DNA of 64,000 nucleotides from a virus (taxonomy: Duplodnaviria > Heunggongvirae > Uroviricota > Caudoviricetes). Of the stretch, positions 49,482 through 55,229 are shown piece by piece. Positions within the stretch are counted from its first letter, which is position 1, and the number at the start of each line of letters is the position of its first letter. The notes under the pieces were generated by a model, which worked only from the letters and a program-made list of their open reading frames with translations, was not told where the DNA came from and searched no databases. The stretch is taken from IMG/VR virus record IMGVR_UViG_3300035696_000002; one strand, given 5' to 3'. A program made the position numbers and the translations under genes.

Positions 49482-49508
49482 GCCGAAAACGGCGTCCTTT
49501 TTGTTTTT
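49476..49508 (+). terminator. Intrinsic terminator directly before the first tRNA
   Basis: GGACGCCG-AAAA-CGGCGTCC followed by TTTTTGTTTTT. Confidence 0.9.
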
Positions 49509-49584
49509 GCACTGTTAGTTCAGCGGTTAGAACGCTTGCTCGACAAGCAAGAGGTCGGAGGTTCGAATCCTCCACGGTGCACCA
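49509..49584 (+). tRNA. tRNA-Val(GAC)
   Basis: Cloverleaf, loop TC-GAC-AA (C33), CCA encoded. Confidence 0.92.
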
Positions 49585-49590
49585 AGTTTC

Positions 49591-49665
49591 GCGGGCTTAG
49601 CTCAGTGGTAGAGCGGTACCTTGCCAAGGTACAGGTCGCGGGTTCGAGCCCCGCAGCCCGCTCCA
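49591..49665 (+). tRNA. tRNA-Gly(GCC)
   Basis: Cloverleaf, TT-GCC-AA, TCCA end. Confidence 0.95.
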
Positions 49666-49681
49666 TTTTGAAGGGTTGACC

Positions 49682-50395
49682 ATGGAACAACTGTACGGTG
49701 TCAACGGGTTGATTTTCTGGACGGAGCGAGAGATCGCGACCCGCAAGCTGGTTGAAAGTCATTTGGTTCAGGCGTTGAAAGACAGCCTGAAAAAGATGAA
49801 CCGGGCGTGGGAGTTCTTCCAAGTGGAGGCCCCAATTTTGACGCCGAGCGAGTTTGTGAACAAGAACTACTCGAAGGATGACATGTATGCCGTCGAGCAG
49901 AAGTTTGGCGACACGTTACAGGAAGCGAACAACCCGGCAGTGCAGTTGATTGCCCGGCCAGAAACAACGATGGGCTCGTATGAGTTCGCAAGATACTTGC
50001 TGAACCCGCACAACGAGCAGAAAGTGCGAATGCCCCTCGTGGTTTGGCAACATGGCAAAAGTTTTCGCCGGGAGCAGGATCAGCCGACGAAGTTCATGCG
50101 GTTGAAAGAGTTTTACCAGTTGGAGTTTCAATGCATTTATTCTCCAACGACCGGGATGGATTACGCGGCACATGTGATCCCGGATATGGCGGCAGCGATG
50201 CAGCAGTTGGTCGGCGAATGTAAGATCGTGGCCAGTGATCGTTTGCCGGATTACTCAGAATGCACGATGGATATTGAGCACAACAGTGGTATGGAACTTT
50301 GCTCGATCTCGTTGCGAAAAGATTTTGAAGGTGCGAAGGTTCTGGAGATTGCAGTCGGAACTGATCGCGTGGTGACAAAGTTTTTGGGGCTATAG
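49682..50395 (+). CDS. Class II aminoacyl-tRNA synthetase catalytic core, GlyRS (alpha2-type)-like, no anticodon-binding domain
   Basis: 237 aa; APILTP, RPETT, motif 2 QHGKSFRRE...MRLKEFYQLEFQ, ELCSISLRKDF, motif 3 LEIAVGTDR then stop. Confidence 0.8.
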   Translation: MEQLYGVNGLIFWTEREIATRKLVESHLVQALKDSLKKMNRAWEFFQVEAPILTPSEFVNKNYSKDDMYAVEQKFGDTLQEANNPAVQLIARPETTMGSYEFARYLLNPHNEQKVRMPLVVWQHGKSFRREQDQPTKFMRLKEFYQLEFQCIYSPTTGMDYAAHVIPDMAAAMQQLVGECKIVASDRLPDYSECTMDIEHNSGMELCSISLRKDFEGAKVLEIAVGTDRVVTKFLGL

Positions 50396-50462
50396 CTCAG
50401 TCTGGGAGAGCGGGTGCTTTGCAAGCATCAGGTCGTCGGTTCGAGCCCGACTAGCTCCACCA
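50386..50462 (+). tRNA. tRNA-Ala(UGC)
   Basis: G3-U70, TT-TGC-AA, ACCA; overlaps last 10 nt of aaRS-like ORF. Confidence 0.95.
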
Positions 50463-50474
50463 AGTTTACAATGC

Positions 50475-50551
50475 GGGGCCGTGGTGTAGAGGCCTAACAT
50501 GCATCCCTGTCACGGATGAGATCGCGGGTTCGAATCCCGTCGTCCCCGCCA
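50475..50551 (+). tRNA. tRNA-Asp(GUC)
   Basis: CT-GTC-AC, GCCA. Confidence 0.93.
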
Positions 50552-50649
50552 AATTTGATCGTGCCGTCTCGGACGGCGATAGCAGCCGGAGGCCAAAAGG
50601 CCTACGGTGTTGGGGCGGCTGGCCCCTTGAGCATCCGAGCTAAATTTCT

Positions 50650-50726
50650 GGTGCGGTAGCCAAGACGGTAAGGCGTCTGCCTGCAAAGCAGATCATGCGT
50701 CGGTTCGATTCCGACCCGTACCTCCA
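50650..50726 (+). tRNA. tRNA-Cys(GCA)
   Basis: CT-GCA-AA, TCCA. Confidence 0.93.
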
Positions 50727-50731
50727 AGTTT

Positions 50732-50806
50732 GGGCCAGTAGCATAACTGGGAATGCATCTCGCTTGCAACGAGAAAGAACGGGTTCGAATCCCGCTGTGT
50801 CCACCA
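50732..50806 (+). tRNA. tRNA-Ala(UGC), atypical acceptor stem
   Basis: CT-TGC-AA, G3-U70, ACCA; bulged acceptor GGGCCAG/CTGTGTCC. Confidence 0.8.
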
Positions 50807-50894
50807 ATTCGAGGGTGCCTGCGAATAACCCCAAATAAGCAGGTCTGTGAGAGCAATTCGGCGTATGTCTCACACCCTCTCACCGTTCGATGTA

Positions 50895-50969
50895 AGCGGC
50901 GTAGCCAAGTGGTAAGGTAGAGGTCTGCAAAACCTTTAGTCGCGGGTTCGATTCCCGTCGCCGCTTCCA
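50895..50969 (+). tRNA. tRNA-Cys(GCA), second copy
   Basis: CT-GCA-AA, TCCA. Confidence 0.9.
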
Positions 50970-50975
50970 AGTTTT

Positions 50976-51292
50976 GTGCCGAACCGGATGATCGCCGCCT
51001 GTTTCAGCAGGGGGAGGAAAGTCCGGGCTCCATAGAACAGCGTACCGGATAACGTCCGGGCATTCGTGAAGCGAAAGCGGATCGGGTGACGATTAGAGCT
51101 ACAGAGACGAGTCGGCGAAAGCCGGGTGAAACGAGCAATCTCTACGCGGAGCAATCTCAAATAGGCCGTGAGCCTCTGTTCGGGGCGTTATCAAACGGCG
51201 GGTTGAGAGCTTGAGCCAATCGGCAACGGTTGGCCTAGACGAATGATCGTCGCGTCGCAAGACGTACAGAACCCGGCTTATAGGTTCGGCAC
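50976..51292 (+). ncRNA. rnpB: RNase P RNA, compact bacterial type A-like
   Basis: P1 GTGCCGAACC/GGTTCGGCAC, GAGGAAAGTCCGGGCTCC, ACAGA, GGTGAAAC, GGAGCAA, ACAGAACCCGGCTTAT. Confidence 0.95.
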
Positions 51293-51302
51293 AAATTTTA
51301 AC

Positions 51303-51378
51303 GCGGACATCGCCTAGCGGCTATGGCCTCTGCCTTCCAAGCAGTTGATCGCGGGTTCGAGTCCCGCTGTCCGCTCCA
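51303..51378 (+). tRNA. tRNA-Gly(UCC)
   Basis: CT-TCC-AA, TCCA. Confidence 0.92.
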
Positions 51379-51439
51379 TATCCAGACGCCATAGGCTTGT
51401 TCGGTTGGCGGCATCCGGTGGAAGCCCGGAAACAAGTTT

Positions 51440-51515
51440 GGGGTCGTAGTTCAGTTGGGAGAACGCTTCCATGGCATGGAAGAGGTCAGGGGTTCAACTC
51501 CCCTCGGCTCCACCA
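51440..51515 (+). tRNA. tRNA-Ala(GGC)
   Basis: AT-GGC-AT, G3-U70, ACCA. Confidence 0.95.
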
Positions 51516-51520
51516 AAATT

Positions 51521-51619
51521 AACATCTGCCTATAAGCCAAGCGGCGAAAGCCGGGGCAGAGACCGACCGAAAGGCGTTCACCCATGAGTGAACATACTGA
51601 AGAGTCCTTGGCAGTTGTT
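51521..51619 (+). ncRNA. Candidate multi-hairpin RNA between tRNAs
   Basis: Closing AACA-CTGCC/GGCAG-TGTT; CGGC-GAAA-GCCG, CC-GAAA-GG, GTTCAC/GTGAAC. Confidence 0.45.
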
Positions 51620-51620
51620 T

Positions 51621-51698
51621 GGCCCGGTCGTCTACGTTCGGTTAGGACATCAGCCTTTCAAGCTGAAAAAAGGGGATCGTCGCCCCTGCGGGCTACCA
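51621..51698 (+). tRNA. tRNA-Glu(UUC), atypical T loop
   Basis: CT-TTC-AA, T loop ATCGTCG, ACCA. Confidence 0.85.
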
Positions 51699-51701
51699 AA
51701 T

Positions 51702-51837
51702 TTGTGTGATCCACGCGGACTCCCTTGAGTGGGTAGAAAAGCGTCGTAGCTGCGGCTGCGAGATTCGATACCGAGAGGTCGTTGGTTCCGGGAAACCCGA
51801 ATCAATCGTGGTGAAAGCCGACCGACTGGGACACACA
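51702..51837 (+). ncRNA. Candidate multi-hairpin RNA
   Basis: Closing TGTGTG-ATCCA/TGGGACACACA; TCGTAGC/GCTGCGA, GGTCG/CGACC, TTGGTTC-CGGG/CCCG-AATCAA. Confidence 0.45.
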
Positions 51838-51871
51838 GTTTTCGATTGCAGGGGGATGCTATGACACAGCA

Positions 51872-51987
51872 GGACGCTATTGGTCGTGTCCCGGTTGCGG
51901 GGTACGTCGAGAAATAAAAACCGGAGAACGACGGCACATCCGTTTTCTTCGCAGCAAGAAGAAACGGCTCCGTAAGAAGTGGCGTCC
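51872..51987 (+). ncRNA. Candidate multi-hairpin RNA
   Basis: Closing GGACGCTATT/AGTGGCGTCC; GTCGT/ACGAC, CCGGTT/AACCGG, CCGTTT-TCTT/AAGA-AAACGG. Confidence 0.4.
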
Positions 51988-52181
51988 GACTCACGAGGGC
52001 GGTTCGGAGAGGTACTGGCGAACTGTTGTTTTCACACCTAAGTGGGTGTGGTGCTGGCGTCTCACTTGTCAGGTACGATTTGAAGTGAAGTGGTTGATCG
52101 AGTGTGGGCTCACTGGGAATGAGCCGTTGCCGTTTGGCGAGAAACTGAATCGCTACACCGATCCAGATTCAGATTTGTAAT

Positions 52182-52257
52182 GCGGGAATAACTCAGTTGG
52201 TAGAGTGCTTGCTTCCCAAGCAAGATGTCGCGGGTTCGAGTCCCGTTTCCCGCTCCA
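52182..52257 (+). tRNA. tRNA-Gly(CCC)
   Basis: TT-CCC-AA, TCCA. Confidence 0.95.
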
Positions 52258-52323
52258 AGATTTAGGGGAGGCTCCGTTGTTGGACGGAGGTCAAAACTGG
52301 AGTCACGCCCATCCTCCCCAATT

Positions 52324-52401
52324 GCACTGTTAGCTCAGTCCGGTTAGAGCGTTCGCTTCACACGCGAAAGGTCGCAGGTTCGAGTCCTGCACGGTGCACC
52401 A
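52324..52401 (+). tRNA. tRNA-Val(CAC)
   Basis: TT-CAC-AC, ACCA. Confidence 0.93.
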
Positions 52402-52407
52402 AGTTTC

Positions 52408-52483
52408 GGGGCTGTAGCTCAGTTGGGAGAGCGTTCGCTTCGCACGCGAAAGGTCACGGGTTCAACTCCCGTTAGCTCCACCA
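52408..52483 (+). tRNA. tRNA-Ala(CGC)
   Basis: TT-CGC-AC, G3-U70, ACCA. Confidence 0.93.
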
Positions 52484-52484
52484 G

Positions 52485-52614
52485 TTTCGGTCTGGGCGGC
52501 GTATGCCGCAGCGGTCATAGGCGACCGTAAATAGGAAAGCACCCAAGGTTGGAAAGGCCCGTTCGATTCGGGAGAAGTTGCTTCTGGGGATGGTAAGACA
52601 ACCTACGACCGAAA
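52485..52614 (+). ncRNA. RNA with circularly permuted tRNA-like domain (YrlA-like layout)
   Basis: Terminal stem TTTCGGTC/GACCGAAA; AGGTTG/CAACCT encloses T arm CCCG-TTCGATT-CGGG, hairpin AGAAG/CTTCT, D-like TGGTAAGA. Confidence 0.5.
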
Positions 52615-52621
52615 ATTTTTA

Positions 52622-52683
52622 GGGCGGGTCACGGCGGGTAGCCAATGTGCACAACGCGGGTTCGATTCCCGTTCCGTCCACCA
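52622..52683 (+). ncRNA. 62-nt mini tRNA-Ala-like RNA lacking a normal anticodon arm
   Basis: GGGCGGG/TCCGTCC (G3-U70), ACCA, canonical T arm GCGGG-TTCGATT-CCCGT. Confidence 0.7.
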
Positions 52684-52721
52684 AGTTTCTAGCCTTTGCC
52701 GCAGTGCTGGAATTTTCAAAT

Positions 52722-52776
52722 GGGCGACCTAGTGGTAAGGCGGCTTAATGGGGTGCCGATTCCCCATCGTCCACCA
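52722..52776 (+). ncRNA. 55-nt mini tRNA-Ala-like RNA with no anticodon arm
   Basis: GGGCGA/TCGTCC (G3-U), ACCA, D arm CCT-AGTGGTA-AGG, T-like arm TGGGG-TGCCGATT-CCCCA. Confidence 0.65.
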
Positions 52777-52783
52777 AGTTTTT

Positions 52784-52859
52784 ACGCGGGTAGCTTAGCG
52801 GCTAAAGCGGTGCCCTTACAAGACACTCATCGTGGGTTCGAGTCCCACCCTGCGTACCA
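52784..52859 (+). tRNA. tRNA-Val(UAC)
   Basis: CT-TAC-AA, ACCA. Confidence 0.9.
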
Positions 52860-52863
52860 AGTT

Positions 52864-53043
52864 ATGAACGAAGAGCAGGTCTGGAAGTTTTACGCAGAGA
52901 GGTTTTGGACGCCCTGTCAGCACGTGAGACAATGCGTCGGCCTGTGTGCCCTCTGCTTGGAACAGACCGTGAAGATGTACGAGAATTTCGTTCCACAGGT
53001 TGTTTCGATAGGCTGTCCGGGGAATACGTCGAATACCCGGTAG
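52864..53043 (+). CDS. Possible small Cys-rich protein (59 aa)
   Basis: MNEEQVWKFY...CQH..C...CALC; no RBS; 3' part overlaps hairpins. Confidence 0.3.
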   Translation: MNEEQVWKFYAERFWTPCQHVRQCVGLCALCLEQTVKMYENFVPQVVSIGCPGNTSNTR

Positions 53044-53161
53044 GACTGATGGAGGAGACGGCTGCAACCGCGAGACCATTCAGTGTTGGCAACGACCTAG
53101 ATCGAAGCGATTGCATAATGCCGCCCGCTTGCAGGTGGGTTGAAAAGCAATCGCAGAGTTT

Positions 53162-53239
53162 GGCCCTGTCGTCTACGGAAGGCTAGGACACGACCCTCTC
53201 AAGGTTGAAAACCGGGTTCGACCCCCGGTAGGGCTACCA
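53162..53239 (+). tRNA. tRNA-Glu(CUC)
   Basis: CT-CTC-AA, ACCA. Confidence 0.9.
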
Positions 53240-53245
53240 AATTTC

Positions 53246-53322
53246 GGGGACGTAGCTTAACTGGTTAGAGCGTCATCCTGTCACGGTGAGAGGTACGGGT
53301 TCAACTCCCGCCGTCCCCGCCA
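53246..53322 (+). tRNA. tRNA-Asp(GUC), second copy
   Basis: CT-GTC-AC, GCCA. Confidence 0.92.
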
Positions 53323-53535
53323 TTATCCGAAGATCAACCGCACGAGCAGCACAACCGCTACCACCTCCCAGATATCAAGTTCACCACCTCCGGCGTCGAA
53401 CCAGCGACGCACGCGAATCTGCCATGGCACTGGCGGCGGATTTTCCATCGCCCGTATCGCGGCAATTCGGGTGTCCCACATGAACTGGTGAAGGTTGCAC
53501 ATCTTGTCCGGCTGGCAATCTTTGCAATCTGGCAT
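53323..53535 (-). CDS. Small membrane protein with N-terminal CxxC...CxxH
   Basis: AGGAGG RBS before MPDCKDC; hydrophobic C-terminus; stop abuts tRNA-Asp CCA. Confidence 0.55.
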   Translation of the reverse strand: MPDCKDCQPDKMCNLHQFMWDTRIAAIRAMENPPPVPWQIRVRRWFDAGGGELDIWEVVAVVLLVRLIFG

Positions 53536-53621
53536 ACGGCCTCCTACCATATAAACGTTTGAGCCGGGCATTTCTCTGCACCTGAGCAAACTTTATTTTG
53601 GTAAACTGAGTATTCTCTACT

Positions 53622-54359
53622 ATGCGTCTCCAGCTAATCAGCGACCTTCATACCGAGTTCTACGAGAACGTGCTCGAAATGTGTTTGAGCATCGAGATCG
53701 TGCCTGATCTTGATTTTCTCGTCATCGCCGGAGACCTCGTATCCGGGATGCAGTCCCTTGAGGAAGTGCGAGCCGCTTTCTCATTCTTCGCCAAGAAAGC
53801 CAAGCACGTGCTCTACGTGTACGGCAACCACGAATATTACAACAGCAGTGGCCCGGCTACGGAATTCAGAATCAAGTCCGTGGTGCCCGCGAACGTGCAC
53901 ATCTTGGACAACAACGAGATAACGCTTGAAGGAATTCATTTCTACGGCGGGGCGATGTGGTTCACCCGCGTCATCAACCCACTGGATGATCTCAACAAAT
54001 TTGGCATGTCCGACTTCACTCTGATTCAGGGCCTTGAGTCGTGGGTGTACAAGACCAACGCCCAGTTCACTGATCGGGGCCGGAGTCTTGTCAAGCCGGA
54101 AACAATCGTTATCACGCACCACCTGCCGCACCCGCAGAGCATCAATCCACGCTTCCGTGGCAGCAGCCTCAACCCGTGGTTCCTGTGCGACCAGACACGA
54201 ATGATCGCGATCAACAAGCCACGATTCTGGTTGCACGGGCACACGCACGACGCCTGCGATTACTTCGTCTACAACACGCATGTGATCTGCAACCCCTACG
54301 CCTACCCGCGTGAGCGAATGATGAAGGGAGTGTACAAACCTGTGGTGATCGAAGTATGA
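53622..54359 (+). CDS. Calcineurin-like metallophosphoesterase
   Basis: SDLH, AGD, GNHE, THH, HGHTH motifs. Confidence 0.92.
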   Translation: MRLQLISDLHTEFYENVLEMCLSIEIVPDLDFLVIAGDLVSGMQSLEEVRAAFSFFAKKAKHVLYVYGNHEYYNSSGPATEFRIKSVVPANVHILDNNEITLEGIHFYGGAMWFTRVINPLDDLNKFGMSDFTLIQGLESWVYKTNAQFTDRGRSLVKPETIVITHHLPHPQSINPRFRGSSLNPWFLCDQTRMIAINKPRFWLHGHTHDACDYFVYNTHVICNPYAYPRERMMKGVYKPVVIEV

Positions 54360-54793
54360 AACGGCAACAGGTAGTTCCGAACGGCCCGGTCATCGTGATT
54401 GCTTCGCTGCTGAAGAAGTTTGGTGTTAGAATACCCGGAGGTGGTTACGAGGTGACGCTCTCGAACGACGAGATCAACGCCATCACCACAACCGGGAAGA
54501 TCGAGGAAGCCGCAGACCCGGAAAAGAAACACGTCAAGCTGCAATACTTCCCAAACATCATAATCGAAGGGCAGGGCACATTCGTCGATGATCGACCCAC
54601 ACAATCTCCCAGCGGGGAAAATGAACAGTTGGTATCTGGAGGAGTGGATTCTGTTCGGGATTCTGGTAGCGAACAAGCCAGCGGTGCGGACAGCGGAGAA
54701 GCTGGAGGGATTCCTGAAAGACCTGAGGGAGAACGTGGTGACGCGGATTCGAGCGAACCAGCCGCCTCGGAACCGCCTGCTGAGCCCGTTTGA
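54356..54793 (+). CDS. Hypothetical protein with acidic tail overlapping next gene
   Basis: ATGA-coupled to phosphoesterase; last 206 nt overlap 54588..55202. Confidence 0.45.
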   Translation: MKRQQVVPNGPVIVIASLLKKFGVRIPGGGYEVTLSNDEINAITTTGKIEEAADPEKKHVKLQYFPNIIIEGQGTFVDDRPTQSPSGENEQLVSGGVDSVRDSGSEQASGADSGEAGGIPERPEGERGDADSSEPAASEPPAEPV

Positions 54794-55202
54794 GTTGGTT
54801 TTCACGACACACTGTTTGGGCGTCCTGCCCGAATATCTCAAGAAGCACCGCTTTGGTCAGTACACCCGGCTGAGCCGGGCACTCCCACAGGCAGCCTCGA
54901 CTTTGCCGACCGTGGGCAAGAACCCCGGCCTCACGATAGAAAAGCTTGAAGCCATCCCCGGCATCGGCATGAAGACTGCCCGGATGCTCATGCTCTACTG
55001 GAAACCGGAAACCATGGCCGTTCCTCTCGACACCCACGTGCTGAAATACCTCGGAAAACTGGGATATGACGTGCCCAAAAACACACCCACCGGACGCCGC
55101 TATCTTGAACTGGAGCAAGCCTTTATCAAGGAAGCCCGGAAGCGTCGCTTAAGCGTCATCGAACTCGACAAGAAGGTCTGGCAGGCTGCCGCCATTCGCT
55201 GA
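54588..55202 (+). CDS. HhH-GPD family DNA glycosylase/AP lyase
   Basis: LEAIPGIGMKTARM helix-hairpin-helix and PLDTHV catalytic Asp. Confidence 0.85.
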   Translation: MIDPHNLPAGKMNSWYLEEWILFGILVANKPAVRTAEKLEGFLKDLRENVVTRIRANQPPRNRLLSPFELVFTTHCLGVLPEYLKKHRFGQYTRLSRALPQAASTLPTVGKNPGLTIEKLEAIPGIGMKTARMLMLYWKPETMAVPLDTHVLKYLGKLGYDVPKNTPTGRRYLELEQAFIKEARKRRLSVIELDKKVWQAAAIR

Positions 55203-55229
55203 CTTTGGCTTTCCTTTACAGGAGAGCCC

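Noticed and set aside
50552-53160. Hammerhead or HDV-like (theta) ribozymes after tRNAs
   Set aside because: I could not build the CUGANGA/GAAA core or the nested double pseudoknot by eye; needs a motif search
47400-53320. Short ORF-track entries across the RNA island (e.g. 47748..47966, 50602..50970, 50936..51160, 51650..51994)
   Set aside because: They overlap or are antisense to tRNAs, RNase P RNA or hairpin modules and lack RBS and protein-like composition
47440-53322. Full-length tmRNA
   Set aside because: No Ala-type acceptor enclosing a several-hundred-nt region with a tag ORF; the Ala-identity mini-RNAs are only 55-62 nt
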